From contig OZ004607.1 in the NCBI GenBank assembly GCA_963924565.1, positions 11,842,001 to 11,906,000 on the forward strand: a stretch of DNA of 64,000 nt, read 5' to 3'. Of the stretch, positions 1 through 12,900 are shown piece by piece. The notes under the pieces are model-generated. The model saw only the letters and a list, made by a program, of their open reading frames with translations. It searched no databases and was not told the DNA's origin. Made by a program: the position numbers and the translations under genes. The stretch is from Ascidiella aspersa. Its lineage: Eukaryota. Numbering within the stretch: position 1 is the stretch's first letter; every line of letters begins with the position of its first letter.

Positions 1-280
1 TTTCAGAAATCCGTACAGTGTCTTCTTTATTCGCCCGTATTTAATAACAATTTATGAACGAAAAATAACCGATCAGTGATATAGTCAGTTTGTATGATTC
101 GCTAATTAATTTACTGAATCTCCAGAACCTAAAGAAACCAATAAGCACAATTAGTGTTTTAGCCTCTAGGGACTATAATTTTAACACGCTATTGTTTAAT
201 AGTTGTGGAGTAAGCAAACAGCAGCGCTTACACCTAATGACGTCATACGTAAAAAAACGTAAAATCTCTCGACCTTTAAG

Positions 281-575
281 CAGGGCTGCAGGCGGACTCG
301 GGACTCGACATAGTCGGTATATTTGGCTGAGTTGGGACTCGGAACACGAGTAAGACCACTCGAGACTACTTGATTTCTGAGTTCGACGTGTTCTTGCGCA
401 GACGTAAGTTTGGAATCAAAAGACCACACACTGCTGTAGATTATAACGGTGGTATAGCATAGGGTGGTAAATCGCCAACCCCTTATTAAGTGTTATATGA
501 CTGAAAGTCAAACTGGGGACCCGGAAATCGGAGTCGAATTTATGTTTACGGTCGGAGTCGGACTCGGGAGTCGGG
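281..575. mobile_element. Degenerate GGAGTC/GACTCG-repeat MITE (CAGGGCTG terminus)
   Basis: Begins CAGGGCTGC and has many GGACTCG/GGAGTCG units. GACCCGGAAATCGGAGTC resembles the element at about 41678-41818. Confidence 0.5.
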
Positions 576-609
576 TTTGCGTTGTTTAAACAGCAGTTAC
601 AGTGCCTAC

Positions 610-3600
610 CTCATGTAACGCTGTAAGTACATAAGCGGTATGTTTATCTTTCCCCCGGATTTGTTCAAATGCTTGATTCCCAGGTATGCCACCAAGAGAC
701 CGCTAAGAAAGTAAAAAGAATCGACCGAGAACGTTCCATTGGAAATTACAAGCAAGCTCCAAGATTCACGACTTAGGCGTGATGCATAGGCCGCGTTATC
801 TGAAAGTGTAGAAGAATTGTATACTAATCAGCAATTCTAAGTATGGAAATAAGTTTAATAAGTTTAGAATTGTTGTAGATTTTTTATCAATATTTTACTT
901 TTTTATCTTTTATGATAACCTTGAGTGTATCAGGTGCACAATGTAAATTAAACTTTACCTGTAAATAGTTCTAAGTATAGGCCTATCACATTAGGATTAT
1001 AAGTTAATATTAAAAAAACTATTTGAAATGTTGAACAAGGTTAATAAAAGAAATCAGATAAAATATCGTTTGTATCAGACTTCTATACTTTTTATATAAT
1101 ATAAATTTGATAATTATAATTACAATGTTAATAACTTGTAATGTCACTACGTAGTCAGTCACTCACTGTGCTTATAAATCCTAATCATTCGGTTTAAAAA
1201 AAAATTATATATAACTTTACATGCCGTACCTAATGAATATAGCATGAAACTATAAGAATGTCCGAGAATCACCCAGGTTGTTGAAATAAAACGTATACCG
1301 TCTAACACTGGTATCGATCCAGGTTTCTTAGACATGTCCAATATTTTTTCCCCATTTGAAACCAAAGAAAAGCACAACGCCATTTTCACTGCAAATCAAA
1401 CAAGACTGATTCTTTATTCAAAGGATTTTTAAAAGCTTAAGCACTTTTTAAAAGCTTAATAACTATTATGACTCTTTTTGTTTTAGTATTTGTGGATTTT
1501 GTTGGGTGTCGCTCAGCTAACAGCAGGGGCCACCAAATTAGGGCCCGCGGCCAACATTTGGCACGCAGAGGTAATTCTAACAACCCGTGGCATATTTTCC
1601 GAAGATAAAGTACGGGCATAATTTTTATTCCAATACAAGGGCAAATCTAATTTTGATGAATTTGAAATTGTTAAAAGTTTTAAACTGGGACGAGATTTAT
1701 ACCCGGCCAGAGAAGGACAATTTTTCCATTTATCCCACATTTTATGTACTTTAGAAATGTCGCACGTGAGAATTGCCATTGGGTTCATTATTTAGTCTGT
1801 GTATCCCTTGGTAGGTAGTTTGACATGGCGATTTAATTTTAGTTTTGGATCGGCCGTCCCCGTTCCACATTTCATATACGTATCTCATCATTTTCGCTAT
1901 AAATATTCAGAGATTATAACTTTTGTGAACATTTACATTTTTTAATGTTTAGAAATTACAACGAAATATTTTATTTTTTTTTTTATATTTTTTTTATGTA
2001 TATACCGAACATGGAATCATCTTTTTGTCGCTTCCTCGTCGTATCTGTGAGCTCGAAAATGGTCCCAGCTATTAACAGAGCGCCAATACAACTGGATACG
2101 ATTCTAAAAATAAGCAAATAATTCCACATATCCTTTTAGCTACGGGGAATTTATCAACTGACTTAAATATTTTGCTTTACCTTGATATCAAGAAATTTTG
2201 AAATTTCAGAAATGCACAACCAATAGTATAACCAGTATTTTTCAAATTATGAAAGGCAATCGTTTATCGGTTGTTATTTCCAATTTTATTTAAAACTTAT
2301 AAGCGCAGTTTCCTGGGATCCATCTTCTTTGACAATGCCAACACTTTCAAACAGAAATACATAATATAGTAAACACTAAACTTAATTGCACTAACATGCC
2401 GATTATACTTGCTGTGCTCAAGTGATAGGTGCTTGGCGGATCTGGACAGTAGACCGACTGAAGTGGCAACCTTGGGCGTGTGTCGTTTCCAACTATGGAA
2501 AGCCATAGGAGGGCCTCTATCGCTTCCTTTGTGCATATCTGAGGCATACAGAGCCCGAAGCTTATGTCGACTGGATATGCAACGGGATAGGGCTGCGACA
2601 ATTTAAAGTGGTTATAGTTAAATTTCTGTAGTACCCCTCTCTTTGTGCTGGAATTACACTTAACTGAGAGTAGCATTGCCTAACCTAATATTTTATACTC
2701 TTTATGTGATATATATTTAAAATTTATAAAACCATACTCATAAATAGATAAAAATGGAACATTTAATACAGATATATATACTGGCAAGTATAGGTACAAC
2801 ATGGACGGCGAACGACAAATTATAGTTAGTTTTAGGAGTAAAATAACACAAATATAAAAAAAGGATTATCAGACACGCGATATTGAAACCATTTAGGGTT
2901 TGCATCCCTTAATTCATGTTAGGATTAATTTTACAATGCGGACACTTACAATATCTTTAAATCCCCAGTAAGAGTTGCACCATTTGCCGTTTAAATCCTT
3001 GTCAGTGTCATGCTTTACATCAATGCATTCGTAATAGTGGCCGGGCCAACGAACGTTGCCAACCAGCCAACCAGACTCTTTACTACCCCACGAATCCAAG
3101 GCTGGCAAAATTAAATCCATAGTAGCCTTCGAATCGCAATTACGATCTAATTTAGGTAATTTTTGCCAAAAAGTTATATTATTGCGACAACCGAAATTAG
3201 TTGAATCGTTGATTTTAAAAGTTATTATTTAGTATAAAAAACTACACATAATTCTTTAATATTTATCTTATGTAATCATTCAAAAAAAATTTGGAAAAAA
3301 AAATTTCGACTCTTACTTTGAACAGCGTATGGTATTCCATCATAGGCGTCATTCACTACTTGAAGATATTTGCCGTAGCATTTTCTAATCTCCTCTTCTG
3401 TTACAGAGAAAGATTCGTTGTTCCATTGTAAATTCAGTTCTGGACCGAGTCTGTAAATACACGATAACGCTAGAATGAGAGAAAAGAAGATCATTTAGTG
3501 CAAAACTTCACCGTTCAAAACTTGAAAATTCATCTCTAAGTCAGAGGTATAGAAACCCCGTGCGTTGAAATGAAGGGTCTTTTTATCAATAGAATGTTGT

Positions 3601-5211
3601 TGCATGCAGGCTGAGAACTATAAATTTATTCCAACCCCCAGTATAGATTACACAATGTTGTACAACTCTACAATGACGTCTTAGATAACGTCAAAACTTG
3701 ATGGTTGGCATATGCAATTCGGCAAGCAAGATTAACAAATACATTCGCTAAATAAGTCACCAAAACTTGGTTAGATTAAGAAAAGGGAAAAGCAGCATTA
3801 ACTTCACACAATATTAACGTCACACAAAAACGGGAGTAACAGTGTCTACTTTTTGGACACACCGACAGTGTGACCACGACGTCTGGTGGTCTTCAAAATC
3901 TGGCCGACTGCAGTTTGTTTGTAAAGCAGGTCCTATAGTTTAGTACAGGGATGTCCAACCTGCGGCCCACCACTTATTGTCACTTTCAGAAGCCTTTATT
4001 AAAAGCAATTGTTTCGACTATCGTCAAAACGTGTAGAACGCACAGTATTTGATGTAGGCCTAATATTATGTTTTTTCTGATAGAATCAAATCTAATGTCG
4101 CATTTCAACATCCATCGAACACTTTGTGCACACACCATTGCGAAGCAAGATGTATGTTTTTTTAAATGTGTATGTTTCCGGACCGTTTTAAGGAAATGTA
4201 TCAGCCCAAAGATGTAAAAACTCAAATTTTCGCGCTTCACCATAATAAAAATAATAAATAAGGTCGAGATTACTTGCATATTCGCGCATAAGTTCACTCT
4301 CGAAGATCGGGTGTTTATAAGTTAAGTTGTTTTATGACGTCACGATATGACGTAACTTGTGACGTCACCCCTTTAATTTGAGAGGTTTGGCGGCCCTTCG
4401 AAATGTTTAAAGTGGCAATGCGGCCCATTCTGCTAAAAGGTTGGACATCCCTGGTTTAGTATTCAGTGGTTCTCAACCTTTTTAGCTTACGGGACCGGTA
4501 AAGTTTCAAAACAAGTTTTGCGGACCGGTGGACCTTCAAAAATAAAAATCAACCCAAAATTTAATAACGCCACAGTTGCAACTAAAACACAGTTATCTTT
4601 CACATACAACTGGCCTTAAAGCTGAAGACTTGAACGAGTTGTAGCCTACTTTTAAACAGTTGGCCAAAACACTTGCAGCATTGTGACGATACAATGAAGT
4701 CCAAAGTAGACCTTTAACAGTTTTAACTCATATAAGTTACGTGACAATGCTGCAAATTACGGAGCTGGCGAACTTCTTAATTTGATGGATAAGCCTTCAA
4801 CATCTTGAGTTTTGCAATTTAGATTTAAAATTGCAATACATTTGGCGGACCGGCAGGAGCGTTGACGCGGACCGGCGGTTGAGAACCACTGGTATATATA
4901 GTCCTTATAGTTGAACATTGTTGTTGATAATTGTTAATGACTAAACTATGCTTTATTAATCTTTATACATACCCTGTGATATGTTGTACAATTTCCTTTT
5001 TTGACTTTTGTGTACCGTGAAGTTTGCTAAGAAATTCTATAATACCATCCCAGTCTTCTCGAAGGTTAAAGCGCGAATCTTCTTTTGCAATGTGATAGCT
5101 TTGGCGATACACTAATTGGCGCGCGTAGTTAGGGTTTGCTACGATTGCTAGGTTTTTTTGAACTAAACAGAGTGTAATAAATCCCCAAACGAAGTTCAAA
5201 CAGAGTTTCAT
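610..5211 (-). CDS. nrf-6: NRF-6/OACYL-like acyltransferase-3 paralog A, 3'-partial (exons 1-7; remainder beyond the left edge)
   Basis: Exons 5211-4973, 3450-3317, 3101-2950, 2592-2396, 2103-2006, 1388-1230, 799-610; all introns GT-AG and phases match paralogs B-D. Signal peptide MKLCLNFVWGFITLCLV; NRF-domain motif DSWG..GWLVGNVRWPGHYYEC; acyltransferase-3 motifs DGIRFISTTWVILGH and NGTFSVDSFYFLSG. Confidence 0.92.
3946..4453. mobile_element. hAT-type MITE, family 1
   Basis: Perfect 15-bp TIR CAGGGATGTCCAACC and perfect 8-bp TSD GTTTAGTA. A related copy is at 55915-56417. Confidence 0.92.
4464..4891. mobile_element. hAT-type MITE (CAGTGGTTCTCAACC TIR)
   Basis: Perfect 15-bp TIR; TSD not recognisable. 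Confidence 0.85.
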
Positions 5212-6379
5212 GATATAACTTTATGCGGTCTGCACACAAATGAAACACATATAACAAATTGTAAGTAGTTATAGAAGCTCTTTGCCAGCAAAATATCAGC
5301 ACTATATATCAAAAAAGATGTATATACTTATTAAAGATAAGTATCCATGTTTTTACAACAAAATGTCGCCTGGCAGAGTTTGACAAAAATAAAATAATCT
5401 GTATTTGTAGCAGTTATAGTTAAAATAAGAAAATTGAAGTAGTTTATAAAGCTGTCGGAAATATTTTCAAAGACAGTTATTCATCGACAAACAATAAACC
5501 TTTATATCACACTTGATTATTCAGCGATTAAGCTGATGTGCTCGTAAACTGAAAGGCTAAAACATTATGTAAAGAACTGTTGTGTGTTGAAAGGTCTTAC
5601 GACACAAAACTGGACTTTAAACCACACTCAATGTCGCAAAGACAAACATTCAAAAAAGTTATTACAGCATGAGCCCAGATCAAAAACCACACCATTACAC
5701 AGTGGTATTGAAAAAATGTTGTTATCGAAGTAAATTTATCTCAAATGTTAACGTTTCATTTTTAGGCTTTATTCGGTACTTTTTAAATAGTGAAAGACTA
5801 TAACCAAAATGAATTTTACATTTGTGAAAGAAATCTATGCCAGTTGTTTACCACATCTTATGACCTCCCAGTCCTATATAGGCATTTTATTACCCATACA
5901 AATGTTGACGCAACGATCATGTAATCCTAATAACAAAATAAACAGGGGTGGGCAATCCTTTTTGACATGGGGCCGAATAAGAAACTGAAAATCTCTTGTT
6001 TTAAAAAATGGATAAATAACCTTGCTGGTAAAAAGCTTGTGAAAATAGGAATAGTAAAGATGTCTTCACAAGCGTGATTTATTTAGCAGGCAATTGTTTA
6101 AAAGCGTTTGCAAATATTCAACTTGTAAAATGAGTTCGAAAAAACATTTCTAGGGAATAAAAACCTTCCGCCATGGAGTTATAAATTAAGTAAACCTTTC
6201 TGAATTTTGTAGAACTGCTGTGGAAATGTGCATGTATAAGATTTTCCCAAAAAATAAAACATGTTGGCGCTTAATCGGTTTAATTTGTTAAAACGTCGTA
6301 CGGGCCTCTATATTGACTTTTACGTAAAATAGGCCAAATTTGTGGACTAAAGATACCAAGGAATTAAGTTGGTCTCGTG

Positions 6380-6553
6380 CAGGGGCGGACCCAGAACTTA
6401 TGCTTGGGCGGGCATAGACATTTTCAGATATATGACGTCATAAGTTTACGCAAAACGTGACAAAACAAAATACGTCAAAACTAAGGAAGCGTGGCTCCGT
6501 GCTCAAAACTAAGGAAGCGTGGCATTCGTCCCCCCTCCCCTGGATTAGCCCCT
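6380..6553. mobile_element. PIF/Harbinger-like MITE between the divergent starts of A and B
   Basis: Imperfect TIR AGGGGCGGACCCAG / CTGGATTAGCCCCT, internal repeat CAAAACTAAGGAAGCGTGGC x2, and a TGACGTCA palindrome. Confidence 0.55.
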
Positions 6554-6999
6554 AGCCCCTCGTATCGTTTACCGTGTTGTCTGTGACACGGTGCACTCAA
6601 TGAACACACAACCTGTTTAACGAGCATTTATGACTTTATAGGAGAAAAGGTTGTAAATGTATCCATCACCGTCGCATAATTGTCACAAGATCCAGAGTTT
6701 TCACTCGCAATGATGAAAACGTCTGTTTGGTGCATTTTTGATGGCATATTTTAAACGATATCTACTTTCATGTTCCGTAACCAGTTAAAAGTTCTATAAC
6801 CGACTAAGAACAATCGCTTGTTAGTAGGTGATTCCAGACAGAATTAAGAGCTTACGAAACTGAAGTGCCTGCCATTTTAGGTCAAACGCACTATTTAAAA
6901 AAATAAGACTAAACAAACTTTAAAGAAGCCTAGTGTCGTCACCTGAGCAAATGTTTTCAGGTTTTAGCAATACATAATCAATAAGACGTGCCAGCAGCA

Positions 7000-9900
7000 A
7001 TGCGTCTGGCTGTTACTTTGGTTTTGGGATTTCTACCGCTCTGCTTTTGCCAAAGGGGCCTGGTTAATCACAACGCTTACCAACAAATCGAATTGAGCAG
7101 TTATTACGAGATAAAGGAAGATTTGTCTCACAAGCCAACAAAAGAAGATTTAGACGGAATCGTAAACTTTCTAAGCAAGTTTCATGGATCTACGAAATCA
7201 AGAAACGAAATTTTGCAGCATATTCAAGGGTACGGTAGGATTGGTGCAATGATCTTGCCAAATATTTAACCTTTTAATTCGGCCAAATAGCGAAACATCA
7301 CTAAACGTTATACAGGGTATTCCGCTGCAGTAGCGCTTGTAGGTCAAGGATAAAGCAGATCCGGTACATATATTTTTTTTCAGGGGGGGGGAGGTTAAGT
7401 TTAGCAATTCATATAAGAGCAGGCTGAAGGTTAATATTTAACTGTACAATGTTGATAAAATTGTGCGTTTAAACGCGTCCCCAAACATTTTACATCGTAT
7501 GTTTTGAAATACGTAACCTCCAAATTTGAAAAGTATGTTTGACGAATGATCGAACATATTTTTGGTTAATCCTGCTTGGATACTAAGTATTTTTAGTTCC
7601 TAATTGTTTGCTGACGCCTGTAGAGCTCTACATTTTGTAGGCTACCATAATATACGTTAAACAAATAAAGAAATTGACTACTTAATCTAGATTAGGCACT
7701 AGACTGCAATCTCCCATAAAAGATTCCAAAGAGGTCGCAACCGAAGAAGAAATATGGAGTTGCTACACAAAATACCTGAAAATGATGATCGATTCTGCTA
7801 ATGGAGTACCATACGCCGTTCAAAGTAAGAAAAAACAATTCAATTAATTTTGAAGGCCTACAAGGTACACCGACTGTGAGACCAATTTTATTGACTGATA
7901 CCTTGTCAGGGCAACAGACGTCGGCATAATTTTATTAATAAGTATAGGCCTAATACTTTATTGCTTATTACGGATACAGTTAGGTTGTTTAAGGATCTAA
8001 TATTTACAATGACTATGACAGCTGGTTTACAACAAACTGAGCAGACTTATAGAATAAACCTCAGGTAGAACTGTTCATCAATTAAAATGTGTAATATGTT
8101 CTTATGTATTTCTAATTTTTAGTATTTACCGAGTTATTTTAATGAGCGTGATTGTCCATCTACAAAAAAAGATTTAAGGAACTATAGCCACAAAGAACAC
8201 CGACTAAGAAGTCTTCTGTCTCTTATTTATATTTTAACTGTTTCTAGGCACAGATTCATGGGGCAGTGTGGAGTCTGGTTGGCTGGTTGGCAACGTGCGT
8301 TGGCCCGGCCACTATTACGAATGCATTGATGTAAAGCATGAAACTGACGAGGATTTAAACGGCAAGTGGTGCAACTCTTACTGGGGATTTAAGGATATTG
8401 TAAGTGGAAGACTGCAACATCAGCACGTGGGCTACGGCACGTATTTGTTGGCAAACTGAACACGTATAATTCTAATACTGCGTAATAGCATTTTGTAAAA
8501 GAGTTTATAAAGTCACGCAAAAAGTTGCATTATATTCCCGAAAAAAAGTTAAAAGGGGTTGGGTGGAATCAGGGTTTTTTTTTTTTTAGCTTTGAATCAG
8601 GGTTTTTACTTATTTTGCATCACGCCCTCTTTATTCTATTTGTCCAGTGCTTTGCCCCTCTCAGGTTTAATTATGCATCATAGAAAGAGCAATTCTGATT
8701 TATCCGTTACACACCAGGGAGATAATTCAAATATATTTTTCTAGCAACAAGATTTTGTAATCAAGTTTAAATTTCTTAGAGTGTACACCCAGGGCGCATG
8801 GAATTTTGGTTTGGGGGCACTTTACGATGACATCACAAAGATAAGTGATAGCGTGTCGTCTTAAAACAGTTATCATAAAATAAATAGATAATTCTAAAAA
8901 ACTTCCTGCTCTCGAGCAAACTCGTCTGCAATATAATTAAAGTAATGTCGTAATCGCACGAAGCGCAATAACTATATACATTTATCTTGTTTTCAATGGC
9001 GTTTTTAAATGGAAAATTATGGATTCGCGCAAACAGAAGATATGAAAAATATTGTTCGGAAACGGGATGACTGCTATCCCTATGCGAGATGTTATAGTTT
9101 AGCGCAGAAAATGATTTTGTCGTTGCGCCCCATTGTTCTATCTGTTCGACGCGCTGGACGCGTATACGTAGGCTATAATTAATGAGTAAGAATTGTCAAC
9201 ATTCCTTAAGTCCACGTACATCAACAAGAGAAACAAATTGTTAAGCTAAATTACAAGATTCTATATCGGGACATGTGTTTCAAAAATTAAAAGGCACCCA
9301 TATATTTTTTCAATTAACTTATTTTGTCTCAAATTTACCCAGCCTTATCCATTGGGTTACCCAATCGACATTAGCTTTGGCCTTTGCATGCCAAATGTCT
9401 GCACAAAGGAAGCGATAGAGGCCCTCTTGTGGATTTCCATAGCTGGAAACGACACGGGTGCAAGGTTGCCACTGCAGTCGGTCTACTGCCCGGAGCCTCG
9501 CAGCGCTTATCAGATGTCCACCGCTACTATAGTCGCCATGTGCGTAGTTTGTATTTGTTCTTAAACGGGATAATGGTTGTAAAATGAAACATTTTAAAAT
9601 GAGATGGGCAATCACAATAATATCACTTTTTCACTTTTGTGTATTTTCAGTTTTGTAAAAGCTATTTGTGCTAAAAGATGACTATGGTTTTCGAGAGTAA
9701 TTTCCTGAATTGCCCTGTTTGTTTTGTTTTGCATGGGTTTTAGAGTCATTTCGGCGTTTATTGGCGCTCTGTTAGTCGTCGGAACGGTTTGTGATCTGAC
9801 CATCAAGAAAAAAACAAACAGAGACTCTACATACGGTAAAGTTAAATTGTATAAACCAAACAAGTATCGAGCAAAGGTATATGTAGTTGAGGGTCTCAAA

Positions 9901-12900
9901 AACTTGTAACATAACCTGAAAAGTTGGGCGTTCTATAGGTTTTGTTGTTATTTATTTGATTTACATCATCAGTAATATTTCTTTTTTACTAGTGAAAGTG
10001 GCTTTATGCTTCTCTGTAATATCAAATGGCGAGAAAATCTTGGACATGGAAAAGAAACCCGGGAGTTTGCCTGTGATTGACGGCATACGTTTTCTTTCAA
10101 CCACCTGGGTGATCATTTATCATTCACTTCTATATATGTGTTATGCTCTCGGTGAGTTTGAATAATTGCAGTAAGGATGAAAGATTTGCAATAATGTAAA
10201 AAAATCTTCACCTATATAAGATAACGCCGGCTATGCGTCTCGCGTGTTTCGCAAGTCTTGGAGCTTGCTCCCTGTTTCCAACGGTACGTTTTCGGTGGAT
10301 ACTTTCTACTTTCTGGGCGGCTTCTTGGTGGCTTACCTGGGCATACAGAGCTTGCATAAGACCAAGGGGAAAATAAACATACCGCTTCTATACCTGAAAC
10401 GATATATAAGGTTTGTGGAGTATGATTGAAACGTATTTGTTTTATGCTTCTGTTCAGTAAAAGTTAACAAGTACATGCGATATATTTAAAAAATATTAAC
10501 CAGTAAACTGTCGAAATGAAAATGAAAAAAATTTGATAAGGTAAACCTTGAATGTATCTTACATGTTCAATAATTCTAAGTAGTGAGTGATGCTTTTTCA
10601 AAATATATTTTTTTCAAATCTATAGATTGACACCAGCCTACGCCTATGCCATCTTGTTTTCCGTGGGGCTCTATAGGTATGTAGGACAAGGTCCCTTTTG
10701 GCAGGACATGGCCGAATTTCATGAGGAAACATGCCGGTATGACTGGTGGACCAACTTACTTTACATCACTACAATTTACCCAGCCAACCAGAGGGTAATA
10801 ATGGCCTGAATCGGTTTATAAAAACAGTTTGCGGTGTACAAACTAAATTTATAACAGAACAAATCATTTATATATATCTCACACCTTTTTTAGTGCTTTG
10901 GAGTTGCGTGGTACCTCAGCAACGATATGATGTTCTACATACTTTCGCCTTTTGTTCTGCTTGTTTTATATTAGTAAGTATTGTTCCAAGGAATAAACTC
11001 ATCAGGGCATGCTCAGTGCTTCCAAAGAGAAGTGTGTAGCACTTTTTTAAATGCATTCATAGATGTTGAATATAATTATGTTAAGAGAAAATGCTCATTA
11101 TACCCTATAGGAGTCCTTCAGGAAAAAAATCGCACAAGGGGTATTGCTAAATAATATTTCTGTCAACCTTATCTATGATAATGCTATAGGATCCTAGAAC
11201 TCTTCTAAATGAAAGACATGTTTATGATTTTAAATAATTACATTGATTCACGTATTACGAAAACAGTTTACGGCTATAGAGTATTTGACGATTGTGTTAT
11301 CACGTATCTATATATTTTTACTCTACCTGTTCCTAATGGTTACAAAACTGTTTGGGCATTTCTCTTAACAACAGTTTTTTTGGTAATTTAATTCATCTAA
11401 AACTGTTTTATGTATTTACAAGAGTTTTTTTGCAGTGCATTCTACGTCGGACTCGCAGTAATGTGTTTTATTATAATTGGCTGTCAAGTTGCGATCGGCA
11501 TTCTTGCGTCACACAGCAGCATTCAACCCACCGTTGTTGGCTTCATGCAAGGAATGACAGCGTAAGCTAGTGGTTCTCAACCTTTTATGTTTCGTGTCCC
11601 CCTTTGAAAGGCTCTCGACCCTCATGACCCCTGCTTATAAAAATACCAAGCATTGTGTTTAACGTCTTTTCATCCGTTTTACTTCTTCACGTTAATAACA
11701 AATACAGCCATTAATCAACGAATAAACGCACTTACAAAATTACAAATAAGTCATTTTAATTTAAATTAACTTAGTTAGTCATTACCAATCTTGTATTTCG
11801 ATGCACCAAGACATTTTTTATATTCTGTTTTGTAGGCTACTGAGCCAAGCGATGTCACTACATTCGTTGAGATGATTTGTCGAGTTTCGTTTGAATAATG
11901 CTTAACTAATAGCCTACTTGAAAAACAAGCTGTGCATAAACCGCTGAATGTTGGCCTAAAAATGACCTTGAATAACCCTGTAGCGTAGTTTATGCGCTTT
12001 ACGATGGAATATTTCTTTTGCAACTGAACGCTCTTAAAGGAAATTGCGAAATCTCGGCACCTGACATTACATACTATAGTTGCTCGCCTAACAGGATTTG
12101 TCGGACACTTAATGATTAGGCAAAGGTATCGCATGTAATAATTGGCCGCCCGAAAAAACGCTGACGCCGCACTGCATTGCTAGTATAAGGTGACTGGTAT
12201 ATTTTGAAAATACTCACACTTTGGTTTTCGCAGTATATAGCTAGTGAGTTATGCCCGTGGCCCCCGAATGACCGCTCCGTGGCCCCGCAGGGGGGCCGAG
12301 GGCCACGGTTGAGAAATCCTGGCGTAAGCAAGCACACGTTCGTTTACTATAATGTACGTTACTTAAACGTATTACCCTCGGTACGCTGTAACAAAAGTTG
12401 TTTTATTCAAAACAATATATATTTGCCCAAATCGTTATAAAAAGTAGTTTCATAAAGACTGTGGGCTACCAAATATTCTTTGCGCGCTCGCTCTGTTGGA
12501 AGTGCAGGTCAGTTTATCGTATGTTAACTATTGAGTTTGATTGCGCTTCGATTCCCACTAAACATCTTACAAATGAAGCAATTGCTTCACAGAAATCTCT
12601 CAAAGCCGCCATATATCACACGGATTGTTTTAATTTCACTAAATTACATCTGGCGTGTCTTTTCATCTTTTGACGATAAAATGCTCTATTTCTATTCTAG
12701 TATGTTTTCGCTAGAAATGTTTTAACCAGATATTTAACCCTACGACGGGTGAAGATTCTTTTTTCTAAACCCAAATCCATAGGTTAAGGTAAGACATGGG
12801 GTTTTGGGTGGTTTTCCGAAAATACGCGGGGAATTTGTATAAAATAGAACGACCCGATTTCGTCATTATTTGCATTATTTCCACAGCAAAATGATACAAG

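Noticed and set aside
1524-1830. One-ended MITE-like starts here and at about 5943, 8790, 15592 and 48400
   Set aside because: Only one terminus is convincing and no TSD is visible, so boundaries cannot be set.
11775-12725. Several 60-119-aa ORFs in intron 10 of B, and similar ORFs at 16877-19670 and 55618-56589
   Set aside because: They lie in MITEs or AT-rich spacer, often use non-ATG starts, and show no protein motifs.
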